A DNA stretch of 64,000 bases. Origin: Candidatus Harrisonbacteria bacterium. Lineage in GTDB: Bacteria > Patescibacteriota > Minisyncoccia > UBA6257 > WO2-44-18. How positions within the stretch are numbered: the first letter of the stretch is position 1; every line of letters starts with the position of its first letter. The notes beneath the pieces are model-generated. The model was not told the DNA's origin. It searched no databases and saw nothing but the letters and a program-made list of their open reading frames with translations. Shown one piece after another: positions 26,665-35,972 of the stretch. The stretch spans positions 4,926 to 68,925 of the forward strand of contig JACOXP010000005.1 in assembly GCA_016182295.1 (NCBI GenBank), in the 5' to 3' direction. Both the position numbers and the translations under genes were made by a program.

Positions 26665-28034
26665 TTAATTGATTTTATATGTAACTCTTTTAGTTGTTTT
26701 TCGTCAACTTCCGAAGGCGCCTCTGTCATAAGGTCGCGCGCGTCGCCCGTTTTTGGAAAAGCGATAACCTCTCGGATATTCGGTTCACCGAGCAAAATCG
26801 TCATTAATCTATCAAATCCAATGGCGGCGCCTCCATGCGGTGGAACACCAAATGAAAACGCTTCAATCATATGACCGAATTTTTCCATAATTTCTTTTTC
26901 TTTATAACCAAGCAGCGAAAAAGCTTTTTTTAAAAGTTCCGGTTTGTGATTACGAATACTGCCGCCGGCAATTTCAAAACCATTAAGCGCAAGATCGTAT
27001 TGATGAGCTAGTATTTCCTTCAAATCCTTTGCTTTATCGGGAAGATTCTCTTGAGGCATTGAAAAGGGGTTATGCCCAAAATCCCATTTTTTCGCTTTTT
27101 CGTCATACTCATAAAACGGGAAATCCGTTATCCAAACAAAAGCAAGCTCATTCCGATCATTTTTGTCTTTTCGCAAATCCGGTTTATCGGTTTGATATTT
27201 CTCCATAGCCTCTTTATGGGTTAAGCGCGGAAATGGGATTTTGGTAATTTTTTTCTCCGGCCAAACTTCTTTGACGAGATTAATCATCGCGCCCTCCACG
27301 AATTCCAAAACATCGTCGCGTTCAACAAAGCTCATTTCTAAATCGATTTGGGTAAATTCCGGCTGGCGATCGCCACGGGTGTCCTCGTCGCGGAAACAAC
27401 GCGCTAATTGGAAATATCGTTCGAGGCCGGCGACCATCAACAATTGTTTGTATTGCTGGGGCGCTTGCGGCAGGGCGTAAAATTTTCCCGGATACAACCG
27501 AGACGGCACTAAATAATCACGAGCGCCTTCCGGAGTGGATTTACCCAAAATCGGCGTTTCCACTTCTACGAAGTCGTGTTTTTTAAAATAAGTATTAATA
27601 AATTCTAAGGCCCGGCTTCGTGTTCGAATATTTTTCTGCATCCGAGGACGACGTAAATCGAGATAACGGTATTTCATCCTAACCTCTTCGCCGATTTCTT
27701 TCCCGTCGGTATCAACGGCAATCGGCGGCGTTTGAGATTCTGATAGCACTTCCAGTTCTTCGGCTGAAATCTCAATTTTCCCGGTTGGTAAATCAGGATT
27801 AACCATATTTTCTGGCCTCTTGGCAACTTTACCGATAATTTTGACTACCCACTCCGGCCGCAACTTGTCCCCTTCTTTTTGCATTTTTCCGGCAAATACC
27901 GCTTGAATCAAACCGGATCGATCTCGCAAGTCAATAAAAATAATTTTGCCGTGGTCTCGTCGCGCGTGCACCCACCCGCAAATTTCTATTTTTTCACCTT
28001 CTTTTTTTGCAGTTTCCGCGATTAAGGTTCGCAT
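26661..28034 (-). CDS. aspS: Aspartate-tRNA ligase (short, lacks most of the GAD insertion)
   Basis: FIDLRDRSG, STPEGARDY, CFRDEDTRGDRQPEFTQID and PPHGGAAIGFDR. Confidence 0.96.
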   Translation of the reverse strand: MRTLIAETAKKEGEKIEICGWVHARRDHGKIIFIDLRDRSGLIQAVFAGKMQKEGDKLRPEWVVKIIGKVAKRPENMVNPDLPTGKIEISAEELEVLSESQTPPIAVDTDGKEIGEEVRMKYRYLDLRRPRMQKNIRTRSRALEFINTYFKKHDFVEVETPILGKSTPEGARDYLVPSRLYPGKFYALPQAPQQYKQLLMVAGLERYFQLARCFRDEDTRGDRQPEFTQIDLEMSFVERDDVLEFVEGAMINLVKEVWPEKKITKIPFPRLTHKEAMEKYQTDKPDLRKDKNDRNELAFVWITDFPFYEYDEKAKKWDFGHNPFSMPQENLPDKAKDLKEILAHQYDLALNGFEIAGGSIRNHKPELLKKAFSLLGYKEKEIMEKFGHMIEAFSFGVPPHGGAAIGFDRLMTILLGEPNIREVIAFPKTGDARDLMTEAPSEVDEKQLKELHIKSIK

Positions 28035-28038
28035 TAGG

Positions 28039-28917
28039 TTAATTATAATAAATTTTTAATTTTAGTCCATCAAAGATTGCTTTAATCGTCCCATTTAAAT
28101 CGGTTCGGAAAATCTGCGAGCCGACATCGGCTAGTCGATTCAAGGCGGCGTTTGTTGGGTGGCCATAGCTATTTTTACCGACGCCAATTACAGAAATTGA
28201 CGGGTTAACACCGCGTAAAAATTCGTTATTACTGGAATATTTCGATCCGTGATGCGCCACCTTTAAGATTTGCGCTGAAAGATCGTATTTACGGGCAAGT
28301 TGATTTTCAACGTCAAAACCGATATCGGCGGTATAAAGCGCCCGTAAGCCGCCCCGCTCTAAAAGCAAAACAATCCCAGAATCATTTATCGCTTTCTCTG
28401 GAGAAGGCGTTCTGCTTGGAGACAGGACTGAAATAACGGCAGTTTCATAAACAATTTTATCACCTTCACGCGAAATAAGCGTTTTGATTTCTTTCTCCTT
28501 CACTATCTTTTCAAAGTCACCCCAAGCGGTAGCTTTTCCGGAGCGGCCGTTAGTAATCACCGCGCCAACCTCATAAGTGCGTAGAACGTCAATTAATCCG
28601 CCAAAATGGTCAAAATCCGGATGAGTAACGATAATCAAGTCAATATAACGATCTTGCGGCGCCAGAGCTTTCGCGAGCTCCGTTAAAACTTTGGGGCTTC
28701 TCCCGCCGTCAATTAAAATTTGGACATCCCCGGGCAAATTAATCATCTGGCTGTCTCCCTGACCAACGTCAAAAAACCAAAGCTCTAAATTCTCTGCGCC
28801 ATTATTGAACAAAATCACGTACCAAATAAACCCATTCGTCGCCGCCAGAATTAATAAGCTTGAATAAAAATATTGATTGTTCTTCATATAACAACACTTG
28901 TAGGGCCGATCGGCCAT
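28039..28917 (-). CDS. ComEC-type metallo-beta-lactamase domain protein
   Basis: FDVGQGDS, THPDFDHFGG, KVAHHGSK, NSYGHP and RTDLNGTI; start probably 28887. Confidence 0.93.
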   Translation of the reverse strand: MADRPYKCCYMKNNQYFYSSLLILAATNGFIWYVILFNNGAENLELWFFDVGQGDSQMINLPGDVQILIDGGRSPKVLTELAKALAPQDRYIDLIIVTHPDFDHFGGLIDVLRTYEVGAVITNGRSGKATAWGDFEKIVKEKEIKTLISREGDKIVYETAVISVLSPSRTPSPEKAINDSGIVLLLERGGLRALYTADIGFDVENQLARKYDLSAQILKVAHHGSKYSSNNEFLRGVNPSISVIGVGKNSYGHPTNAALNRLADVGSQIFRTDLNGTIKAIFDGLKLKIYYN

Positions 28918-28929
28918 TGAGGTGTAATA

Positions 28930-30264
28930 TTATAGAAATTGGATTATTTTTGCAAAAAGATTTATAACTCCTAATTCGTAACCAAGGAAGATGCTGGTTG
29001 GAAAACTCAATAACCAGGATAGATGATATGAGATGGCGGCGGAGAAGGCGGTGAAAAATCCGAGGGTCATAGTAATTGGAACAAATTCTAAGACCAAAAT
29101 ATTAGTTATTAAACTCATTGGAGAAAAATAACCGAAGTGATAAAGCGCCAGTGGCAAAACGGCAACTTGGGCTGAAGTAGTTGTTAAAAAATGCTCGCGC
29201 CAGTTAAAAATTCCCGGTTTTTCGGTAAATTTCAGCCATTTTTGCAAATAAGGCCTAAAATAACTGATTCCCAAAAGCGCGGCGAAAGAAAGTTGAAATC
29301 CAATGTCGAAAACAAGGACTTTTGGATTCAAGATCACCATAACAAGAGCCGCGGCGGCGATAGCATTTCGAAGGTAATATATCCGCTTGAATTGGTCGGC
29401 AAATAGCAAAATCATCGCCATAATTGCCGCTCGCACAACTGAAGCCTCGGCTCCAGTCATAATGACAAAACTTAAGATAAATAAAATACTGATAAGCAAC
29501 CGCCATTTTTTAGTAAACCACCAAAGGCCCAGAATCGCCCCCAAACTTACCGTAATAACAGTAATATTGTATCCGGACAGAGCGACCAGATGCGTTGTTC
29601 CCGTAAGGCGCATGTTTTCCTTGAATTCGTCGGAAAACTCAGCTGTGGAGCCGAGCGTTAGACCGGAAAGAAACGCCGCTTTTTCAAGAGGTAAAACTTT
29701 CCGATAGCTTTCTTCAAAATATTCTTTAACGCTAAAGAGAGCCGCTTTAATCGGCGATCCCTGATTTTTAGCGATAAGTTCGATTTTGGGGAAACTCACC
29801 AGACCGGCAATCCCTTCTTTAGAAAAATACCCTTGCCATTCCGGATTAATTTTTTCAATAATGCCTTCAACTTGAACCCGATCGCCATAATCAAATTTTG
29901 GATACCGACCGGCGGTAATTTGCAGACGTTCGGCGCTTTCGATAACCAACTTTTGGCTATTAAGCCGTTGTTCAGCCTCGACAATTATTCCGGTAATTTT
30001 CACTTTCTGCCCGAAAGGAACATCCCCGGGATTATTCATTACGTCAAAAATAAAGTAATACCCCGCGCCCAAAAACATTACCAAAACAATGAACACCGCT
30101 CCGTAGGGCAGCGTTTGACGATAAAAGAAAGCAATCGAAAAAATTAATAGAATTACGACGGTTGTGATGAAGCGCGCTTGTTCAAAACCGATCGCGATAC
30201 TCGCGATAAAAACGCCTGCCAGAAAAAAGCAGGTCGTCCAAAAGAAAATTTCGTGTAACTTCAC
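28930..30264 (-). CDS. comEC: ComEC/Rec2 competence DNA-uptake channel (membrane part)
   Basis: GTTHLVALSGYN, ASVVRAAIM and DIGFQLSFAA. Confidence 0.94.
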   Translation of the reverse strand: MKLHEIFFWTTCFFLAGVFIASIAIGFEQARFITTVVILLIFSIAFFYRQTLPYGAVFIVLVMFLGAGYYFIFDVMNNPGDVPFGQKVKITGIIVEAEQRLNSQKLVIESAERLQITAGRYPKFDYGDRVQVEGIIEKINPEWQGYFSKEGIAGLVSFPKIELIAKNQGSPIKAALFSVKEYFEESYRKVLPLEKAAFLSGLTLGSTAEFSDEFKENMRLTGTTHLVALSGYNITVITVSLGAILGLWWFTKKWRLLISILFILSFVIMTGAEASVVRAAIMAMILLFADQFKRIYYLRNAIAAAALVMVILNPKVLVFDIGFQLSFAALLGISYFRPYLQKWLKFTEKPGIFNWREHFLTTTSAQVAVLPLALYHFGYFSPMSLITNILVLEFVPITMTLGFFTAFSAAISYHLSWLLSFPTSIFLGYELGVINLFAKIIQFL

Positions 30265-31289
30265 TTGGCGGATTTTATCACACCGCCGCCCAACATCAAG
30301 CCTTTTTTATCGTAAATTACAGCCGATTGGCCCTCGGCTACGAATTTTATCGGTCGGCTAAAAATTAACTTTTTACCGTCGAACCCCGCTTTTTCAAGCG
30401 GTTGACGATAACGAACCCGCGCGTAAACCAATTTCGGGGATTTTCCAGTCAGATTAATATTAGTTAACCCAACCTCTTTTTTATAAAGAGCCGGGTTCTT
30501 TTCTCCCTCGGCGACAATAACCGTGTTTTTTTTGATATCTTTGCCAGCCACGTAAAGCGGTTTTTCATATCCGCCGATGCCGAGGCCGTGGCGCTGACCG
30601 ATAGTGTAATAAAAGGCGCCGCGATGTTCGCCTATTACACTTGTTTGCCGATCGGCAGACAAGTGTAATATGGGACCGGGTTTTTCTGGAATATATTTTT
30701 TGAGAAAATCCAATAAAGTAACTTTCCCCAGAAAACAGATACCCTGCGAATCTTTTTTAGCGGCGTTATGCAGGGAAAATTTAACCGCCAGTTTACGCAC
30801 TTGAGATTTTTTATAGTCACCGATCGGGAAAAGACAGTGTTGAATTTGGTTCGGTTTTAGCGTCCATAAAAAATAAGACTGATCTTTATTGCTGTCTTTG
30901 GCGGTGAAAAGTTTTTTACCAATTCGACGAACATAATGGCCAGTTGCCACGAAATCCGCCCCCAGCTCCATCGCCTTTTTGTAAAATAATCCGAATTTAA
31001 TTTCCTGATTGCACATCACATCTGGATTTGGAGTAATCCCCTTTTTGTAGCCATCAATCATATATTGGACAACTTTATCTTTGTATTCTTTTTCAAAATC
31101 AAAAGCATAAAAGGGAATGCCGAGATGTTCGGCCGCCCGGCGGGCGTCTTCGGCGTCTCCGGCGGCGCACCCGTCCACGTTGAAGCATTTTAGATGGATT
31201 CCGACAACGTCAAACCCCCGCTTTTTCAAAAGCGCCGCTGTTACGGAAGAATCTACCCCACCTGACATCCCAATAAATACTGTTTTCAT
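30261..31289 (-). CDS. mnmA: tRNA 2-thiouridylase MnmA
   Basis: MSGGVDSS, TPNPDVMCN, ATGHY, KDQSYFL, SQGICF and YTIGQRHGL. Confidence 0.97.
   Translation of the reverse strand: MKTVFIGMSGGVDSSVTAALLKKRGFDVVGIHLKCFNVDGCAAGDAEDARRAAEHLGIPFYAFDFEKEYKDKVVQYMIDGYKKGITPNPDVMCNQEIKFGLFYKKAMELGADFVATGHYVRRIGKKLFTAKDSNKDQSYFLWTLKPNQIQHCLFPIGDYKKSQVRKLAVKFSLHNAAKKDSQGICFLGKVTLLDFLKKYIPEKPGPILHLSADRQTSVIGEHRGAFYYTIGQRHGLGIGGYEKPLYVAGKDIKKNTVIVAEGEKNPALYKKEVGLTNINLTGKSPKLVYARVRYRQPLEKAGFDGKKLIFSRPIKFVAEGQSAVIYDKKGLMLGGGVIKSAK
30633..30670. repeat. 38-bp near-perfect palindrome inside mnmA
   Basis: TATTACACTTGTTTGCCGATCGGCAGACAAGTGTAATA; only one pair (G-T) is non-Watson-Crick. Confidence 0.8.
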
Positions 31290-31328
31290 TGAACATATTA
31301 TGCAACAATTTTATTATTTTTGCAAAAT

Positions 31329-31357
31329 TTGACTAAAAAGTAATAGTTTGTTATTCT
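31329..31357 (+). promoter_or_regulatory. Sigma70 promoter
   Basis: TTGACT-17 nt-TATTCT with an extended -10 TG. Confidence 0.7.
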
Positions 31358-31386
31358 CAACTCAGAACATTTTTAAGGAGAAGGTT

Positions 31387-31581
31387 GTGAAAAAAGCCGG
31401 GAAGAAGCTCAGTCTTTGCTGACACTCGGGCAGTTGTCCCGAGGTTTCGGTCGAAGCCTCAACGGGAATGGTGGTCATCACCGATGACAATCTTCCGGGT
31501 AAGCTGCGCATGATCAAGCTTACCAAGAAACAATTCCTCCGCCTTCTCAAAGAAGGCGGGAATTTCATCGAGGGTAGGTAA
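31387..31581 (+). other. 64-codon small-protein ORF with one in-frame TGA (recoded gene or recent pseudogene)
   Basis: AAGGAG SD 6 nt before GTG. Reads MKKAGKKLSLC[TGA]HSGSCPEVSVEASTGMVVITDDNLPGKLRMIKLTKKQFLRLLKEGGNFIEGR-TAA, with TGA at 31420-31422. Confidence 0.7.
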
Positions 31582-31587
31582 ATTTTT

Positions 31588-31618
31588 AAGGCCTCCGACT
31601 CAAAGTCGGGGGCCTTTT
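31588..31618 (+). terminator. Intrinsic terminator
   Basis: AAGGCCTCCGACT-CAA-AGTCGGGGGCCTT-TT. Confidence 0.75.
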
Positions 31619-31650
31619 CAAAAACTATTTTTTATAGTAACTTTCACTCA

Positions 31651-32226
31651 ATGCTTTCATACAATGAATTAAAAAGAGGGGCAATTTTTGTGTTAGACGG
31701 ACAGCCGCACGAAGTTTTGGAATACGAATTTTTGCGGATGCAACAAAGAAAACCGGTAGCTAAAACCAAGATTAAAAACCTGATAACAGGCAAAATAGTC
31801 GAGCGGTCTTTTCATCAAAACGAATCTTTTGAAGAGGCCGACATCCAAAAAGAGGAGATAAAATACTTATATAACAATCGCGGTCAAGTTTGGTTTTGCG
31901 CGAAAGACAATCCAGCCCAAAGATTTCAGATTCAGGAAGAAATTATCGGTTCCGCCAGCCAATTTTTAAAAGCCAATTCTTTGGTGATCGCGTTGAAATT
32001 TGACGAAAAAATAATCGGCATTCGTCCGCCAATCAAAGTAGACCTTAGGGTAAAAGAAGCCCCGCCAGGATTTAAGGGCGATACCGCTACCGGCGGCACC
32101 AAGCCAATTACTTTAGAAACCGGCGCTATAGTCAACGCTCCGCTTTTTATTAATACCGGGGATACTATAAGGGTCAATACTGAAACCGGTGAATACGTGG
32201 AACGCGTCGAAAAATCCAAGGAGTAA
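31651..32226 (+). CDS. efp: Elongation factor P
   Basis: FLRMQQRKPV tip loop (Arg-containing), PPGFKGDTATGG, LETG and PLFI...GEYVER. Confidence 0.95.
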   Translation: MLSYNELKRGAIFVLDGQPHEVLEYEFLRMQQRKPVAKTKIKNLITGKIVERSFHQNESFEEADIQKEEIKYLYNNRGQVWFCAKDNPAQRFQIQEEIIGSASQFLKANSLVIALKFDEKIIGIRPPIKVDLRVKEAPPGFKGDTATGGTKPITLETGAIVNAPLFINTGDTIRVNTETGEYVERVEKSKE

Positions 32227-32228
32227 AG

Positions 32229-33698
32229 TTATTCCTGTTTTTCTTTGTGAAGCGATTCGTTAATCGCTTTTTTTAATTCATCCACGTTTATTTTAGCTTT
32301 TGGTTTTTCAAAACGTGGACGTTCCGGGCGCGGCTGATCGAATTTCGGGCGTAAAACCTCCTCCATCGGCCGTTCATTTCTCCTAAGACGTTTTTCTTGC
32401 ATTACTTCCCCAACGGTCGGTTGCCACTCCTCGGCGATTTTTTTGGCAACAACTGATACCGGCGTGGCGTAATGCCGCCTGGTGTAATCTATAATTTCTT
32501 CACGACTTGACGCGGTAGGCGGCGTTAACGGCCCAATACCCACCGCGGAAAACGGACGCGAAGAAACGCCGTCAATCATCAATTTAATGTAACAATGAGC
32601 TTTTGGCAGGTTGACGATATCTTGAATGACAAATTCCGGCATTAATTCTTTTTCCAGAAATTCGGCGTCTTCCGCGCCGACCCGGAAAGTTACCAAGGTG
32701 CCGACGTTGCCGAAAACCGCGTCGCGCACCTTGGTATTAAATTCATGGATAAGTTGCCTGATATATTGGTGAGCTAAGATCAAACATAAACGGTATTTTC
32801 TGGCCTCTGACAAAATATTAGCAAAGGAATCGGTCGCGAAATTCTGAAATTCGTCAACGTAAAGATAAAAATCTTTACGGTCTCTCTCCGGAAGGTCTAC
32901 CCGGGACATTGCCGCCAGCTGGAGTCGAGTGATAATCATTGACCCAAGTAAAGCGGAGTTGTCTTCGCCAATTTTACCTTTAGATAAATTAAAAATAAGT
33001 ATTTTTTGATCATCCATCGCTTTGCGCAAATTCAAAGCGGAGCGCGATTGGCCTAAAATATTTCTTACTAACGGGTTAGCGACGAATTGGCCGATTTTGT
33101 TTTGAATGGCGGCGGTCGCTTCGGTTTCGAATTTCTGCGCGTAGCGGGCAAATTCATTAACCCAAAAACCTTTAATAACGGGATCTTGCAGTCGATCTAC
33201 CAATCCTTTTCTATACTCTTTATCGGATAATAACCGCATTACTCCCAAAATAGTTGAATCGGGGAATTCTAATAAAGTTAATAAAGCGTTATTTAAAATA
33301 TATTCCATTCTCGCGGACCAAACATCCGGCCAGATCTTTTTAAAAACACCCATCAAGCCGGAAGCTATTAAATGGCGGAATTCACCCCCCACTTTTTCTA
33401 ATGGGTTGAAAGCTATCGGGTGATTAATATCGGCAGGGTCAAAATAAACCGTATCTTTCACCCTTTCCGGCGGTATAAAATCGAGAATTTTATCGGCAAG
33501 ATCGCCGTGAGGGTCAACCACCGCCACCCCGTGGCCGGCTTTAATATCGGCAACTATCATATTCTCCAGCATCGTTGTTTTACCCATGCCGGTTTTACCG
33601 ATCAGATACATATGTCGGCGACGATCGTCGATTTTAATGCCGAATTTTTTGCTTTGTCCTCGGAAACTAACTAGTCCGAAATAATTTACATCAGCCAT
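32229..33698 (-). CDS. VirD4/TrwB-like (HerA/FtsK superfamily) ATPase
   Basis: DRRRHMYLIGKTGMGKTT Walker A, DPHGD, LYVDEFQNF and LSEARKY. Confidence 0.9.
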   Translation of the reverse strand: MADVNYFGLVSFRGQSKKFGIKIDDRRRHMYLIGKTGMGKTTMLENMIVADIKAGHGVAVVDPHGDLADKILDFIPPERVKDTVYFDPADINHPIAFNPLEKVGGEFRHLIASGLMGVFKKIWPDVWSARMEYILNNALLTLLEFPDSTILGVMRLLSDKEYRKGLVDRLQDPVIKGFWVNEFARYAQKFETEATAAIQNKIGQFVANPLVRNILGQSRSALNLRKAMDDQKILIFNLSKGKIGEDNSALLGSMIITRLQLAAMSRVDLPERDRKDFYLYVDEFQNFATDSFANILSEARKYRLCLILAHQYIRQLIHEFNTKVRDAVFGNVGTLVTFRVGAEDAEFLEKELMPEFVIQDIVNLPKAHCYIKLMIDGVSSRPFSAVGIGPLTPPTASSREEIIDYTRRHYATPVSVVAKKIAEEWQPTVGEVMQEKRLRRNERPMEEVLRPKFDQPRPERPRFEKPKAKINVDELKKAINESLHKEKQE

Positions 33699-33699
33699 A

Positions 33700-34947
33700 T
33701 TATTCTACCGGCAATCCCGCTGGCGGCTCGCCCTTCTTTGCCCCCAAACGCCTCAAAAGCGGCGCTTCGACTACCAGTGACGGGAAATGATATATGGTGG
33801 CCAATTCTTCAACGTTTAAAACGGAAGTTTTTCTCGGCCAATACATTCTCCGATAAGATTCAAAAAGTCGCCTTTTTCTAAACCAAAGCCGGCGTTGCTT
33901 TAAAAGTTTAAGGTTGCCGCGCACAATCGTCATGGTTTTAATATTCGGACGAAACCCGTTGAGGTCTTGAGTGGTGAACTGATGAAAAGTAGACATCACC
34001 GCCGCGATATTAGAACGGGTAAAACTGTTGCGCTTATCTATATAGAGAAAACGAATATTGGTTTTAAAACCGAGTCGGCTGATTTTTTTCTCAATCGCTT
34101 CCACAGCGCTTAACTCCCCTTTAGTCATGTGGAAAAGAAGGCTTTGCGCCTCCCTTTCTTCTTTCTTGGATTCCTCCCAAACAGGATGTTGCCCAGCGGC
34201 AAAGATCAAATTTTTAACGAATTCCCAAACAGCGTCGAAAAAATTTTTCGGGGCCGCTTTTTTACGCCCGATCAATTTATCACGAAGGGCTTCGCCTTCT
34301 TTTTTCCACGCGTCGTCAGTTGGGCTGACCATTATTTGAATCCAAATCGCTTCGTCATTTTTCAGTTTAGACATCACCTCTGTGATAGCGGCAATAGGAT
34401 CTAAGCGCTTTTCTTCCTGGGCGTTTTCAAAATGTTCATAAGTCTGAATTGGATATGGATTCGCTTTTATCAGGTGATAATCTGTTCCCCAAACATCGTA
34501 AACCTTGTTTGGCAATGTTTTGGGCATTAAATTCATGTAATCTTCCGCTTCGTGAACTTCCGCGTCTGGATATTGGGCGTAAATAGCCGATTCAAGGATA
34601 TCCCGCCATTGGGCGGGGGTGCGGACATAAAAATGAACCCCGCCGGCAAATCCAACAAGCTCAAAGGCCACCCAATCCTCGAATAAACGGCCCTCTAGAT
34701 ATTTTTCAAAAAGTTTGAAACCAAAAGAATAAATTCCATAAACAGCGGAAAAAATCTGCTCCATCGCCTTGGGAGTTTTTTCAATACCGGCCGGAATTTT
34801 AATTTCCAAAAGCACCCACTTTATGCTTCGGAGATATTTTATAAAGACGTGATACTTCCAAAATTTCCAAAAAACGAACATTAAGGCAAGCGGCAATACA
34901 ATCCACCAAACCGCCGCGAAAACCGAGATAACGCTATTTAAAATCAC
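33700..34947 (-). CDS. Membrane-anchored hypothetical protein, partner of the VirD4-like ATPase
   Basis: N-terminal TM helix; LLEIKIP..KTPKAMEQ, IYAQYPDAEV and LNVEELATIYHFP. Confidence 0.8.
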   Translation of the reverse strand: MILNSVISVFAAVWWIVLPLALMFVFWKFWKYHVFIKYLRSIKWVLLEIKIPAGIEKTPKAMEQIFSAVYGIYSFGFKLFEKYLEGRLFEDWVAFELVGFAGGVHFYVRTPAQWRDILESAIYAQYPDAEVHEAEDYMNLMPKTLPNKVYDVWGTDYHLIKANPYPIQTYEHFENAQEEKRLDPIAAITEVMSKLKNDEAIWIQIMVSPTDDAWKKEGEALRDKLIGRKKAAPKNFFDAVWEFVKNLIFAAGQHPVWEESKKEEREAQSLLFHMTKGELSAVEAIEKKISRLGFKTNIRFLYIDKRNSFTRSNIAAVMSTFHQFTTQDLNGFRPNIKTMTIVRGNLKLLKQRRLWFRKRRLFESYRRMYWPRKTSVLNVEELATIYHFPSLVVEAPLLRRLGAKKGEPPAGLPVE

Positions 34948-34954
34948 TAGTTAA

Positions 34955-35950
34955 TTATACCAAAGTGGTATAACGGCCGTCACCAAGACGTTTAAAATGC
35001 TTTCGGTTCTGAAGATTGATTAAAATAGTGTTTTCTTTAAAGATTCTCTGCTTCATAACTAAATTAATAACTTCCCGAGAAGAAAGCGGACCGTCCTTTT
35101 TCAAAAAGTGAGAGATAAGTTCTTTAGCGGTCCCCGCGACAACGCCAAACTCGCTTAAAGTATAGGTGCCCTTTCCAACCAAAACAAACTTTTTATCTTT
35201 GATCAGCTCGTTGTGGATAGTCGGAGCGTGGGTTTTTTTACCCCGAATTTCAGAGACTAATCTGGCGATTTCCGTAAAATGCAGAGGGCGCTTTTCTTTC
35301 TTCAAAATTAAATAGGCCCAATCTCGGGCGGTTTTCGGGTTAATTTCCGTCCATTCGGCAAGGCCAATACTGCCATAAACATTGGTAGTGATATTTTTGG
35401 AAATAGACGCGTAATTGCGGGCAACGCCGTCGCTCACCCCGGAATTTCTGGCGGCGGCTACAAAGGTGGTGGAAAAGTCGTCACGATCGGCGTTTTTTAG
35501 AACGTAGGAAACAAAAGATAAGGCTTTTTTCTTTCCATCGTCACCGATGTGCCAAAAAGCGTGAGTGTCTTTCCCGTCGTTGGCATATTGAAAAGAATCG
35601 CAGATTTCAAGTAAAAACTTAACTCGATTTTGAGCGTTAGCTCCGGCCAATTCTTCTATCAGCAAATCCTCGCGCTTGGTTCCGCCGGAATTTTTTAAAA
35701 TTTCATTGACGGCTTTTTTGAATCCGGAAAATTCATCGCCATTGGCGTTGGTTTTAGCTACTTTAATAGCGGTGGATTCGATTTGACGAATTCGTTCGCG
35801 GGTTAAGCTGTATTTTGATCCTAATTCAGCAAGGGTCAGGGATTCAGTTTTACCAAGACCATACCGCCCTTCCAAAACTTCTTTTTGACGAGAAGTCAGC
35901 CCGGTTAAGCAGGTTTTGATCAGCGAATTGATTTTGTTGTTATCCAACAT
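34955..35950 (-). CDS. Sigma70 region-4 HTH plus C-terminal winged-helix (HARE-HTH/RNAP delta-like) protein
   Basis: TLAELGSKYSLTRERIRQIE and PLHFTEIA...TIHNELIKDKKFVLVGKGTY. Confidence 0.85.
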   Translation of the reverse strand: MLDNNKINSLIKTCLTGLTSRQKEVLEGRYGLGKTESLTLAELGSKYSLTRERIRQIESTAIKVAKTNANGDEFSGFKKAVNEILKNSGGTKREDLLIEELAGANAQNRVKFLLEICDSFQYANDGKDTHAFWHIGDDGKKKALSFVSYVLKNADRDDFSTTFVAAARNSGVSDGVARNYASISKNITTNVYGSIGLAEWTEINPKTARDWAYLILKKEKRPLHFTEIARLVSEIRGKKTHAPTIHNELIKDKKFVLVGKGTYTLSEFGVVAGTAKELISHFLKKDGPLSSREVINLVMKQRIFKENTILINLQNRKHFKRLGDGRYTTLV

Positions 35951-35972
35951 GTTAAGCTCAATGCTACCATAT

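Noticed and set aside
32229-33698. Conjugative element (ICE)
   Set aside because: No relaxase, VirB genes or integrase, and the gene is embedded among housekeeping genes.
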